Shown in pieces: positions 25,289-38,900 of a DNA stretch of 64,000 nt. Source of the DNA: Eledone cirrhosa (taxonomy: Eukaryota); contig OZ024752.1 of assembly GCA_964016885.1 (NCBI GenBank), forward strand, positions 38,068,001 to 38,132,000, in the 5' to 3' direction. The notes below the pieces were generated by a model. It had not been told where the DNA came from. It saw only the letters and a list, made by a program, of their open reading frames with translations, and searched no databases. Position 1 is the first letter of the stretch. Every line of letters starts with the position of its first letter. The position numbers and the translations under genes were made by a program.

Positions 25289-25866
25289 TATGGTGGCTGC
25301 CAACTCGTTTTCGAGTATGGCCACTACTTTATATCCATGTAGGAGAACCCCTACCGATGCGCTGAACAAGTGTGACTTTTTAATCCAGCCAGCGACTTGA
25401 AAACTCTGGTACAAACACTACACTTGTGACAATTACTGACACATAGTGCTGGGCCCATGGTACCATGTGACGACAAGTGCAGAGAGATCTCCAGATATAA
25501 AGCAATGCCTGTGCCGTGAAGCTTTTATAGTGAGCAAAGGCACTGCACAAAGCCAGTCCCACTCTCTTAACCAAGATGATATTTACCAAAAGGAAAAACA
25601 AGTCAACATCATTGGATACCATCAGGGTTGCAGGTGTTATATCAGAGTTTTCCTTCTCCTAGAATTCTGCCTTGACAAAGGCTAAGGGGTCATCTCTTTC
25701 GGTGATTTTGGATGGCTATTGACTCTTAAGAGCTCCTTTTCCCTTTGACAGGTTTTGTTTTTATTCCTGCAGGATGTCCAAAGTCACCCTTGGTGGGGTT
25801 GCCAGTTTAGTCGCCAACCACCCGACCATGGGACAGGTTGTACTGGGATATATGTTACCAGTAGCA
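25289..25866 (-). mobile_element. Bipartite non-autonomous RTE-derived element, 5'-clipped
   Basis: Near-identical reverse complement of 56130-56720. Confidence 0.75.
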
Positions 25867-26322
25867 CACGATATATGCACTCATATATATGCACTCATAT
25901 ATACACTCATATATACACTATACATTTTTAAGCACCAATTTGAAATTGAAACTATGAAGAACCATCACCGCTGTCACCAGCTTCTTCTTCTTCTTCTTCA
26001 TCATCATCATCATCACCATCACCATCACCATCACCACCACCACCACCACCACCACCACCCCCATCATTATTTAACATCCATTTTCCTTGCTAGTAATTCT
26101 GTGGGAATTGAATCCCATAATTCTTGCTCACCAGGAAAACATGCTTCTAGTTACACTGACATTAAATTTACATCCTCTTCTCTCATGAAAGACTAAGGTT
26201 GGCTGAAAAGTTCATAGACTGACCAAGATACTCTCATGGAATGACCAAATAAGGTTTATTTTTCAACAAAGTCTCTGGGAAGAAACAATGCAGTTATTAA
26301 TTATAGTACAGTTGAAATTAAT

Positions 26323-26509
26323 TGTTTCTACTTTTGGCACAAGGCCAGCAATTACCCAGTGCATTACTGGTACTTTATTTTATCGACCCCGTAAGGATGA
26401 AAGGCAAAGTTAACCTCGGCGGGATTTGAACTCACATCATAAAGGGACGTAACTCTATGCTTCAAAGCATGGTGTCCGACTCTCTAACGATACTGCCAAT
26501 CCACCAATC
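26323..26509 (-). mobile_element. SINE family B inserted in a mariner-like MITE
   Basis: 18-bp TSD AGTACAGTTGAAATTAAT at 26305-26322 and 26510-26527. Confidence 0.9.
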
Positions 26510-26609
26510 AGTACAGTTGAAATTAATGCATGCAGTATTTCACAGCTCTAGTAACACCCTTTCATAGTCAGCCTATGAACTTTTCAGTCGACCCTCCTAT
26601 ATCTATCCA

Positions 26610-26707
<98 letters not shown>

Positions 26708-26836
26708 CGAAGTAGTTTCAGAAAAGGACTTGAACATCTGAAACTACTTCGCTTTTACTTATTCGATATTTACTCCGTCACTCCTATGTGGAAAAAGTAC
26801 GTTGAGTGCTTGAATTGAATTGCATCAATGTTTACC

Positions 26837-26880
<44 letters not shown>

Positions 26881-27103
26881 CTTCCAGGGGTCCGGGTAAA
26901 TTTTCAATACCCGAATTACTTGATCGTTTTTTTTTTGGCTATGCGAAAGATTGCTTAACCATCGTCTCAGTGTGTTTGGCCTTCAACGTTTGTTATAGCT
27001 CTGGTTCATCTGAATCATTGAGCACTTGCCGCACATCTCGGAGGTTGTTTTTCGTTATTTCGTGGGCCGAAATGTGAATTTCGATAATTTATGTTTATAT
27101 ATA

Positions 27104-28330
27104 TGCTGTAATGTGGCCGTGTAGGCAACACGGTAAAAACCTCCCAGCCCCACACTGTAAATGTGGTTGGTGTTAGGAAGGGCATCCAGCTGTAGAAAAC
27201 CCGCCAGACAGTCCACGCTGTAATGTGGCCGTGTAGGCAACACGGTAAAAACCTCCCAGCCCCACACTGTAAATGTGGTTGGTGTTAGGAAGGGCATCCA
27301 ACTGTAGGAAACCCGCCAGACAGTCCACGCTGTAATGTGGCCGTGTAGGCAACACGGTAAAAACCTCCCAGCCCCACACTGTAAATGTGGTTGGTGTTAG
27401 GAAGGGCATCCAGCTGTAGAAAACCCGCCAGACAGTCCACGCTGTAATGTGGCCGTGTAGGCAACACGGTAAAAACCTCCCAGCCCCACACTGTAAATGT
27501 GGTTGGTGTTAGGAAGGGCATCCAGCTGTAGAAAACCCGCCAGACAGTCCATGCTGTAATGTGGCCGTGTAGGCAACACGGTAAAAACCTCCCAGCCCCA
27601 CACTGTAAATGTGGTTGGTGTTAGGAAGGGCATCCAACTGTAGGAAACCCGCCAGACAGTCCACGCTGTAATGTGGCCGTGTAGGCAACACGGTAAAAAC
27701 CTCCCAGCCCCACACTGTAAATGTGGTTGGTGTTAGGAAGGGCATCCAGCTGTAGAAAACCCGCCAGACAGTCCACGCTGTAATGTGGCCGTGTAGGCAA
27801 CACGGTAAAAACCTCCCAGCCCCACACTGTAAATGTGGTTGGTGTTAGGAAGGGCATCCAACTGTAGGAAACCCGCCAGACAGTCCACGCTGTAATGTGG
27901 CCGTGTAGGCAACACGGTAAAAGCCTCCCAGCCCCACACTGTAAATGTGGTTGGTGTTAGGAAGGGCATCCAGCTGTAGAAAACCCGCCAGACAGTCCAC
28001 GCTGTAATGTGGCCGTGTAGGCAACACGGTAAAAGCCTCCCAGCCCCACACTGTAAATGTGGTTGGTGTTAGGAAGGGCATCCAACTGTAGGAAACCCGC
28101 CAGACAGTCCACGCTGTAATGTGGCCGTGTAGGCAACACGGTAAAAGCCTCCCAGCCCCACACTGTAAATGTGGTTGGTGTTAGGAAGGGCATCCAGCTG
28201 TAGAAAACCCGCCAGACAGTCCTATGCGAGCAAGACAACCACTCTTGCCTCAAGTGGGAAAACCCCCGTCCAAACCCATGCAAGCATGGAACACGGACGC
28301 TAAACCTGATGATGATGATGATGATGATAT
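27104..28330 (+). repeat. 112-bp tandem array (10 units) inside an RTE 3' UTR, ending in the (GAT)n tail
   Basis: 112-bp period, also visible in ORF spacing; monomer seen at 44958-45070. Confidence 0.93.
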
Positions 28331-28346
28331 ATATATATATATACAT

Positions 28347-28423
<77 letters not shown>

Positions 28424-28597
28424 AGTAAGTAAGACCCCGACGGCTGAGCTCAAGCCGTTTCGACGGCTAATTCTGTACTGAATTGAGTACTTTGAATTAA
28501 GTATTGAGTACTTTGGTATTGAGTACTTTGGTGCATTATGGTCCACCTGGTTCCTTACCACTTTTCCTTCGCTATATATATATAAACATAAATTATC

Positions 28598-28638
<41 letters not shown>

Positions 28639-28855
28639 AATGGAAGTACAGCATATTTGAAGCCATAGCCTCAGCCAAGCCGACGAATGCGTTCAGCAGT
28701 GCAGCCAAGCACTCGACAAGGTATAGGACCTCAGAGTAATAACATACAGTTTAAAGGGCTTTGCAAAATGAAGACAGTGACCAGTAATTTGGCCGGGCTC
28801 CGTAGCTACGAAAGAACTGACTCGTGAGAAAGAAATTCATACACATATACATATA

Positions 28856-29560
28856 TCATCATCATCATCATCATCAGGTTTAGCGTCCGTGTTCCATGCT
28901 TGCATGGGTTTGGACGGGGGTTTTCCCACTTGAGGCAAGAGTGGTTGTCTTGCTCGCATAGGACTGTCTGGCGGGTTTTCTACAGTTGGATGCCCTTCCT
29001 AACACCAACCACATTTACAGTGTGGGGCTGGGAGGTTTTTACCGTGTTGCCTACACGGCCACATTACAGCGTGGACTGTCTGGCGGGTTTTCTACAGTTG
29101 GATGCCCTTCCTAACACCAACCACATTTACAGTGTGGGGCTGGGAGGTTTTTACCGTGTTGCCTACACGGCCACATTTACAGCGTGGACTGTCTGGCGGG
29201 TTTTCTACGGCTGGATGCCCTTCCTAACACCAACCACATTTACAGTGTGGGACTGGGAGGTTTTTACCGTGTTGCCTACATGGCCACATTACAGCGTGGA
29301 CTGTCTGGCGGGTTTTCTACAGCTGGATGCCCTTCCTAACACCAACCACATTTACAGTGTGGGACTGGGAGGTTTTTACCGTGTTGCCTACACGGCCACA
29401 TTTACAGCGTGGACTGTGTGTTTTTTGTCGTGACACCTACACGATCTCATTTGTTTCGGCCTGGATGTTGTGGCACCAACATAACTTTACATTGAAAGGG
29501 GCGGTGTGGATGGGGTGGGGGGGGGGGTGTTTTGTTAGAGATGCCTACTGACTGTAGTAG
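28856..29560 (-). repeat. RTE 3' UTR copy with 4 units of the 112-bp repeat, inverted relative to 27104-28330
   Basis: Reverse-complement identity including the tail. Confidence 0.9.
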
Positions 29561-29841
29561 GTTTTATAAATATACATATATACACATATATACATATAAC
29601 AAACCTGGACCATCACCTCGAATATTTTGCAATATCTCAGTTAGGTTTCTGTAAATCCGAAATCAACAAAATCTTCTTACAGTGTATGCAAGTTAAGTTT
29701 CTGGAAGATCGAACAGTGGATTTACTTACTCAACAGGCTTTCCGTTCTGACGCCAATTCGGATGTGTGGGCACATGTTACTCCAAAGAGAGCTAACTCCG
29801 GATTTTGGCGGTCAAATTCAAATTATGAGCAATGGAAAAAG

Positions 29842-29876
<35 letters not shown>

Positions 29877-30794
29877 AGCAGGAAACAGCGGACGTAAAAT
29901 GATGATGATGATGATGATGATGATGACACAAGGGTCGGCTGAACAGTTCATAGGCTGACCAAGACACTCTCATTGAATGACGAAAGGAGGTTTATTTTAC
30001 AATATAGTCCCTGGAAAGAAACAATGCAGTTATTAATAAGAAGAGTTGAAATTAAAGCATGCAAGATTTCACAGCTCTAGCGTCACTCCTTCATAGGCTA
30101 AAAAGTTCATAGGCTGACCAAGATACTCTCATGAAATGACCAAATGAGGTTTATTTTTCAACAAAGTCTCTGGAAAGAAACAATGCAGTTATTAATAAGA
30201 AAAGTTGAAATTAATGCCTGCAAGATTTCACAGCTCTAGCATCACTCCATCATAGTCGGTCTATGAAACTTTCAACTGACCCTCGTACATTAAAATATTT
30301 AACTACTTTACATAGCGTGCTCATCTGTTTTATGTGAAATTGTCATCAACTTAGACTTCTGCAGAGTTCTATATCTATTTCTACTCCTAATGTTTAGCAT
30401 ACCAAGATATTTATCTTTTCTTCGTTTGATGTATAAGCAAGAATTAACCCTAAGAATTTAACTGCATTTATCATACTTACCAAGCAAATATGTTCCCTAA
30501 CTGATGATTATATATATATATATTTATATATTTTTGATTTCTTTTCCTTATACTTTCACTCATGTAGGACATCTCATTTTTTTTTCTTTAAAAGAAAACC
30601 TCATTTTCTTATATATATATATATATATCTCATAAAATATATCTCATAAAATAATACAACTGGCTTTTCCACATAATACATATTGTTAGCACCCCAAACA
30701 CTTAAATTGGGTTTATATTAAAATATAACCTAATGTTTGTTGAGTGAGATGGTTACCAGTCAGAGATTAGCTTTAAACTATCTCTGTTATTGTA

Positions 30795-30845
<51 letters not shown>

Positions 30846-30977
30846 ATTCGTTTTTGAATTTGTTTTGTGAGATTTCTTATCTGAAAACGTGTGTTGAAAC
30901 AGATATTGTTGTACTTTGGGCGGGTCACCATACTGCATGTGTTTTTATTGGCAGCATGACCCTCCCAAAGTATAACA

Positions 30978-31009
<32 letters not shown>

Positions 31010-31029
31010 ATGTATGTATGTATATATAT

Positions 31030-31289
31030 ATGGTGGCTGCCAACTCGTTTTCGAGTACGGCCACTACTTTATATCCATGTAGGAGAACTCCTACCGATGC
31101 GCTGAACGAGTGTGACTTTTTAGTCCAGCCAACGACTTGAAAACTCTGGTACAAACACTACACCTGTAACAATTATTGACACATAGTGCTGGGCCCATGG
31201 TACCATGTGACGACAAGTGCAGAGAGATCTCCAGATATAAAGCAATGCTTGTGCCGTGAAGCTTTTATAGTGAGCAAAGGCACTGCACA
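31030..31289 (-). mobile_element. Bipartite RTE-derived element, 3' part only
   Basis: Matches 25289-25550. Confidence 0.75.
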
Positions 31290-31451
31290 ACCTTTCGATT
31301 GCAAGGCCAAGTAGTATGTATATACATATACAGTAGTATGTATATACATACACATATTCACACATATATATATGTACGTATGGGTTTACCGAACATTTAC
31401 TACAATGCTCAGTTTGTCTGTAAACAAACAGCCCGAATTATTAGCCGTACA

Positions 31452-31796
31452 TGGAGGTACATGGCTTAGTGGTTAGAGCATTGGCCTTGCAATCGAAAGG
31501 TTGTGAGTTCAATTCTCAGACCGGGTGATGTGTTGTTTCCTTGAGCAAGACACTTTATTTCACATTGCTCCAGTTTACTCAGCTGTAGAAATGAGATGAT
31601 AGGGACTGGGGTCCCTATCATACCACTGCAAAGTGACCGTGGAGGTGCCACGGTAAAAAAGCACCCAGCACTCACTGTAAATGAGGTTGGTGTTAGGAAG
31701 GGCATCCAGCTGTAGAAATCAAGCCAGAATCAGTTCCCGTCCCACCCTTGCAAGCAGGGAAAGTGGACGTAAAATGAAATGATGAAATGATGATGA
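31452..31796 (+). mobile_element. SINE family A, full length
   Basis: Head to (GAT) tail; near-identical to 46631-46976, 49126-49460, 60645-60988; 5'-truncated copy at 54435-54790. Confidence 0.9.
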
Positions 31797-32519
31797 AGCC
31801 TTTACTGTGAAAATGTAATAGTAAATACTAGCTAAAGGTTTATACAACCATCTTAGAACACAGAAGTATATTCAATTGAATCAATATCTTGATACTGAGA
31901 GCTGCCATTGATGATGTGTTTGTAGAATACACAACTACTTACTGTTAGGGTTTGGCTTAGAAATTCTTATTTCCTACTTTCGTTAAATATTTAAATAACT
32001 TCAATTTCAAAGTAATTTCAAGTGATTCTGCCAATTGACTGCTCTTTAAACCTTTACCATTCACATTACTCTATATTTACTGTTGTATTTTCACAGTAAA
32101 GGCTTTATCTCACATAATTATCTCACATAATATCTCACATAACATTTACATTACTCTATATATACTATTGTATTTTCAAGGTAAAGGCTTTACCTCATAA
32201 TATCGAATCTATGAGATTTTGATGTTATTTATTTTGAGAACAATACCTTAATGTCAGCATGAGTAGCCGGTTACGGCCAGTTTGAACAGAAAGAGTTGAG
32301 AGAATGTTGGCTGGATATAGCCAGTTTAAATGTTAAAGGGTTGAATAAGTAGTAATAGGGGTGGTGGTGGTGTTGGTGAGGGTAGGGTGATTGGACATTA
32401 ATTACTGTTGCACTCTCTTGATGATATCAGGTCATTAACTCTTGTTGCTAATTGCTTAACAATGTTAGAGGAACCAAGCAGTAGTGGTGGCTGGTTGGTT
32501 GGTTGGTTGGTTGGTTGAA

Positions 32520-32802
32520 CAATGGAGAGACGGAGGGGAGGAGAGAGAGAGAGAGAGAGAAGTGGAGGGAGATGGAGAGAGAAGGCGAGAAAGAGAGAAG
32601 CTGAGAGCGAGATAGATAGAGAGAGAGAGAGGAGAGAGCTAGATAGATAGAGAGAGAAAGAGAGAAGCTGAGAGCGAGATAGATAGAGAAAGAGAGAGGA
32701 GAGAGCTAGATAGATAGAGAGAGAAAAAGAGGGAGGAGAGAGAGAAATGGAGGGAGATGGAAAGAGAGGACGAGAAAGTGAGAGAGAGACAGGGAGAGAA
32801 GC

Positions 32803-32869
<67 letters not shown>

Positions 32870-32870
32870 A
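32520..32870. repeat. (GA)n-rich low-complexity tract
   Basis: Direct inspection. Confidence 0.9.
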
Positions 32871-33124
32871 AGTTAGGAATTATGAGAGATGTCAAGAAGT
32901 GAGATAAGGATAAGTGGATGTTGTTGTTATTGTTGTTGTTTAGCCTCAGGTCACATTATCCAATATGTACTTGTCTTTAAATTACATTACTTAATGTGAA
33001 CTTTTCTTAAGATTGTAGTGTATGGTGTGTGAAAGATTTGGTTGCTATTTCTAGCAAGTCAAGTGACTGCTTACACACTTTTTTATTACACTCCAAAAGG
33101 GTAGTAGTAGTAGTAGTAGTAGTA

Positions 33125-33324
33125 NNNNNNNNNNNNNNNNNNNNNNNNNNNNNNNNNNNNNNNNNNNNNNNNNNNNNNNNNNNNNNNNNNNNNNNNNNNN
33201 NNNNNNNNNNNNNNNNNNNNNNNNNNNNNNNNNNNNNNNNNNNNNNNNNNNNNNNNNNNNNNNNNNNNNNNNNNNNNNNNNNNNNNNNNNNNNNNNNNNN
33301 NNNNNNNNNNNNNNNNNNNNNNNN
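33125..33324. other. Assembly gap (200 N)
   Basis: Run of N; true length unknown. Confidence 1.
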
Positions 33325-33887
33325 ATTTTAATCAAAGTGTGTATACATTTTGGGGGGACACCCTGTATATATATATATATATATATATAAAGAGAGAGAA
33401 AGAAAGGGGATCCAGTCAAAACCAGTCAAAAACAGATTGATTGAAATGTTAACTGTCCCTTCATACCAATCACATCTGACTTGCTTACATCCAAATTACT
33501 CCACCAAATTGCCCTTTCAAACCCCACCACCATCTTTGTTATTACCTAACCTTTTTGCTTCTCTCTTTCTCTCTCTTTATTTTCTCTTTTTATCCTCCAT
33601 TTTCTCAAATCCATTTCCTTTTCTCTTCCCTGATTTTCTTCTACAGAAGAGCCTCCTAACTTCCTTCAGTTAGTCACTGGCTGACATATTTCTCCTACAT
33701 TCACTTGTTCCATTCATAAACTCTTTCTCTATTCTTGAAGCACACATACACACATATGCACACATATATACACACTTATACACACAGACAGACATACACA
33801 CATACATACACAGACACATACATACATGCACACATACATACATGCACACATACACATTCACACACAAACACTCACACACACATGATG

Positions 33888-33918
<31 letters not shown>

Positions 33919-34374
33919 AGGTGATAGCAATGAAGTTGATAGCGATGATGATGATGATGGTGGTGATCATAGTGATCATGATGATGATGATGGTGGTAAT
34001 GATTATGATATATAACCTGTTTTCTTTTTTTTTCTTATTTAATCTTTTACATTGATTGGACTGCAATCATACGAAGGCGCAGCCATCGTGGTTTTTAGTT
34101 AATCATATTGACAGCACTTTGGGCAACTCTCTTTTACTATAGTCTTGGTTTGATAAATACCTTTTGAATGGAATTTGGTAAAAGAAAACTATGTGATTCA
34201 ATAAACAGAGATCAATGAAATAGTACCAGATTGAAATAAGTATCGGGGTTAATATAATTAATTAAAGCCCATAAAGGTAGTGGTGCTCCAGAATAGCCAG
34301 TGTCCAATTACTGGAATTACTAAAAGTATAGACAAACATACAAGTATAGACATGCTACTGCTATCAAAGTGAAT

Positions 34375-34900
34375 GTCTAAAGTCTGCCTCGAGTCTGGAG
34401 GCTTACCAAGCCAGTGCTTAGCTTCGGTTTCCAAGGCATTAAGTGACTGATGGTACAAAACTTCCCCCTAAACAGGAAGCCAGTCCATCGCAGGGTTAAA
34501 GTCTGTCTTGAGCTCTGAGGCTTATCAAGGCTGGTGCTTAGCCTTGGTTTCTGTGGCATGAAGTGACTAAGAGTACAAGACTCCCCGCTAGACAGAAAGC
34601 CAGTTCATCGCAGGGTTGAATTTGATCACAAACCCGGAGGCTCATCAGGCCGATGCTTATCCTTAGCTTCCATGGCATTAAGCAACTGAGAGGACAAGAC
34701 TTACCCCTAGACATGACACCAGTCCATTGCAGGATTAAACCCCCAGCTATTGCTGCTGGTTCTCATTTTCAGCTGAGTACACTGGACCAACATAAAATGA
34801 AGTGTTTTGCTCAAGAACACAACACACAACACTGTCCAGGAATTGAACCTACAATATTATGATTATAAGTCCAACACACTTACCACTAGGCCATATGCCT
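34375..34900 (-). mobile_element. SINE family C with ~3 tandem copies of its 3' part
   Basis: Reverse complement of the 12050-12416 motifs; CCAGTCCATCGCAGGGTT recurs three times. Confidence 0.7.
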
Positions 34901-35199
34901 ACCAATTATGGAGTTTTTATAATATTTTTGGTAAGGATACTATCAAAGTTTCAATAACACAATAGTTTCTACCACTATTTACAATTTGTTTTCAATATTA
35001 ATTGATAGTTGACTTTGCCTTTCATCCTTACGGGGTCGATAAAATAAAGTACCAGTAATGAACTGGGTATTTGCTGGCCTTGTGCCTAAAGTAGACACAA
35101 ATATTAATTGATAGTTAAGTCAAATGCCTACAAATAAACATAATTTATGTATTAAAAAAATGTGGAAGAAGACATGGAGACTCAATTGTGTCACAGCTA

Positions 35200-35295
35200 G
35201 GAGTACTGGAGTTTCTCTCTGATAATTTTTGAGGCAAGCCAACACACTTGCAGCATTTCCACAGGTGATGGCGAGGCTAAGATGCTGGAATAACT
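35200..35295 (-). pseudogene. Very short CRE-like RLE 3' end
   Basis: LFQHLSLAITCGNAASVLACLKNY; DNA similar to 13400-13495. Confidence 0.7.
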
Positions 35296-36706
35296 AAGCA
35301 CACACACACAGAAACAGATATCCACAAACACAACATGTATACGCATATATATATATATACACAAATGCAAATGCACACATACACACATGAATACCCATGT
35401 ACACACCCGCAAACGCACACAGAGAAACAGACACTCACAAACACACGTACACACATATACATGCCAATATGCATACACACACATATACACATGCATACAC
35501 GCATACATACACTCAAACACACACATACACTCTAATGCACATATGCCTCTCTCTCCCTCTCTGGGAGAGCGGGGGAGCGAGCGAGAGAGACAGAGGGGTG
35601 GGGAGGGTGGAAGAGAGGGATAGAGAGAGAAAGAGAGAGAGAGGTGGAGAGGGAGAAAGAGGGAAGGCAAGGGGGTGGTGTGAGAGAGAGAGGAAGAGAC
35701 AGAGACAGTGTGTGTGTGTGAGTATGTATGTATGTATTACTCCTTGATTTGATTTACTAAAACTATTTCAGAATTTCAGAAGAAAGAGAAGCTATTGTGA
35801 TGGCCATTTTGTCCAGTTGCTATAGTGTGACTGTTTAACTAACAACATAATAAGAGTGTCATGCTTTAGGAAGGCAACACTTCATAGCATGTCATTAAAC
35901 TGTCCACTGTCTCTTATTATAGATGCTTAATTCTCTTAATGAGCTGATTCAGTAGCTCAAGTATTTTTGGTTAGTGCAAAGCCTAAAAATAAAAAGTGAC
36001 AACAATAAACTGTACCAGTTGTTATCAAAATACAGTTGGATGTTACAATATTATTGTGAGAGACACAGCCATAATTTCAATGGTGGATTGCCAGTATCTG
36101 TAGAGTATTGGACAACATGCTTTGTGGCATATAGTTGTGGTTCTTTATGTTCTGAGTTCAAATCCCTCCGAGCTTATGTTTGCCTTTCATCCTTACCAGG
36201 TCGATAAATAAAGCACCAGTATTCACTGGGTTCAATTTAACCCTTTAGCATTTAAACCGGCCATAACTGGCTAGAATTCCCTCACCTCTTTCTGTTCAAA
36301 CTGGCTGAAACTACCCACTCATACTTAGGTTAAGGTATTGTTGCGATCTGAGTTCAAATCCCGCCGAGGTTGACTTTGCCTTTCATCCTTACGGGGTCGA
36401 TAAAATAAAGTACCAGTAATGCACTGGGTAATTGCTGGCCTTGTGCCTAAAGTAGAAACAAATATTATGTGAGATATTATGTCAGATAAAGCCTTTACTG
36501 AGAAAATACAATAGTATATATAAAGTAATGTCAATGCTAAAGGGTTAATCGACTTTTCCCCTCTCCCCAAATTGCTGGCCTTGTGCCTATAGTAGAATTG
36601 TTATATCAATGGAGTGTGATTCACTTGTTATAGTTGATGTTGTTGTTGTTGTTTTTGGATGATCTTACAATATCATTGTGGGATCATGAATGATGTTTCC
36701 ATCAAA

Positions 36707-38303
36707 TGGTGCAGCCAGTTGTTGGGGTGCCACTCTAGATGTGCCACTGGTACAGCCAGTTGTTGGGTGCCACTGGTGCAGCCAGTTGTTGGGGTGCCAC
36801 TCTAGATGTGCCACTGGTACAGCCAGTTGTTGGGGTGCCACTCTAGATGTGCCACTGGTACAGCCAGTTGTTGGGGTGCCACTCTAGTTTTGCCACTGGT
36901 ACAGCCAGTTGTTGGGGTGCTACTCTAGATGTGCCACTGGTACAGCCAGTTGTTGGGGTGCCACTGGTGTAGCCAGTTGTTGGGGTGCCACTCTAGATGT
37001 GTCACTGATACAGCCAGTTGTTGGGGTGCCACTCTAGATGTGTCACTGATACAGCCAGTTGTTGGGGTGCCACTCTAGATGTGTCACTGATACAGCCAGT
37101 TGTTGGGGTGCCACTCTAGATGTGTCACTGATACAGCCAGTTGTTGGGGTGCCACTCTAGATGTGTCACTGATACAGCCAGTTGTTGGGGTGCCACTCTA
37201 GATGTGTCACTGATACAGCCAGTTGTTGGGGTGCCACTCTAGATGTGCCACTGGTACAGCCAGTTGTTGGGGTGCCACTGGTGTAGCCAGTTGTTGGGGT
37301 TCCACTCTAGATGTGCCACTGGTGCAGCCAGTTGTTGGGGTGCCACTGGTGTAGCCAGTTGTTGGGGTTCCACTCTAGATGTGCCACTGGTACAGCCAGT
37401 TGTTGGGTGCCACTGGTGCAGCCAGTTGTTGGGGTGCCACTCTAGATGTGCCACTGGTACAGCCAGTTGTTGGGGTGCCACTGGTGCAGCCAGTTGTTGG
37501 GGTGCCACTCTAGATGTGCCACTGGTACAGCCAGTTGTTGGGGTGCCACTGGTGTAGCCAGTTGTTGGGGTGCCACTCTAGATGTGCCACTGGTACAGCC
37601 AGTTATTGGGGTGCCACTGGTGTAGCCAGTTGTTGGGGTGCCACTCTAGATGTGTCACTGATACAGCCAGTTGTTGGGGTGCCACTCTAGATGTGCCACT
37701 GGTACAGCCAGTTGTTGGGGTGCCACTCTAGATGTGCCACTGGTACAGCCAGTTATTGGGTGCCACTGGTGTAGCCAGTTGTTGGGGTGCCACTCTAGAT
37801 GTGCCACTGGTACAGCCAGTTATTGGGTGCCACTGGTGTAGCCAGTTGTTGGGGTGCCACTCTAGATGTGCCACTGGTACAGCCAGTTGTTGGGGTGCCA
37901 CTGGTGTAGCCAGTTGTTGGGGTGCCACTCTAGATGTGCCACTGGTACAGCCAGTTGTTGGGGTGCCACTGGTGTAGCCAGTTGTTGGGGTGCCACTGGT
38001 ACAGCCAGTTATTGGGTGCCACTGGTGTAGCCAGTTGTTGGGGTGCCACTCTAGATGTGCCACTGGTACAGCCAGTTATTGGGGTGCCACTCTAGTTTTG
38101 CCACTGGTACAGCCAGTTGTTGGGGTGCCACTCTAGTTTTGCCACTGGTACAGCCAGTTATTGGGGTGCCACTCTAGTTTTGCCACTGGTACAGCCAGTT
38201 GTTGGGGTGCCACTCTAGTTTTGCCACTGGTACAGCCAGTTGTTGGGGTGCCACTCTAGATGTGCCACTGGTACAGCCAGTTGTTGGGGTGCCACTCTAG
38301 ATG
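36707..38303. repeat. 41-bp satellite with 27-bp deletion variant
   Basis: TGCCACTCTAGATGTGCCACTGGTACAGCCAGTTGTTGGGG interspersed with TGCCACTGGTGTAGCCAGTTGTTGGGG. Confidence 0.95.
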
Positions 38304-38550
38304 TTTTCATAGTCAGCCATCACCACTGGTCTCTATTCTACATCATGCATAGAAGGGTCTTGGTGAGAGTCATGTGGACAGAGTCCTCAAACACTCGTTC
38401 CAGTGGGCCCTGTCAGAAGCAATCATCTCCAATTGGCCCGGCTGGATTCCAGAAGTGAAACCAGTCAAGCTCATGGATGTTATCCAACCATCTTGCTCGG
38501 GGTCTACCTCTGGGTCTCCTGTCAGTTGGTTTTGCTGGTAAAAGCTGTCC
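38304..38550 (-). mobile_element. RTE-like 3' ORF fragments
   Basis: LLPAKPTDRRPRGRPRARWLDNIHEL; 38300-38340 matches 58758-58803. Confidence 0.65.
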
Positions 38551-38622
38551 AAACCAAAACCATTGGTTTTTAAACAATGTTTTAAATCGTCAAGGAATTG
38601 GGAGGATTTAGTAATATAACTA

Positions 38623-38900
38623 ACTTTCTCATTATTAAGCTGATGTTTGGAACAAAGCTTAACAAAGGTACTTACATAAATAAAACTCCAATTGTGACTT
38701 TTTAGATAAATTCAGATGGTGGTGGTGGTGGTACTACAAAAAAAAAAATAATAACCTGGTACTTTCTCATTATTAAGCTGATGTTTGGAACAAAGCTTAA
38801 CAAAGGTACTTACATAAATAAAACTCCAATTGTGACTTTTTAGATAAATTCAGATGGTGGTGGTGGTGGTGGTACTACAAAAAAAAAATAATAACCTGGT
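38623..38900. repeat. ~140-bp direct duplication in a MITE remnant
   Basis: 38623-38760 repeated at 38761-38900. Confidence 0.85.
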
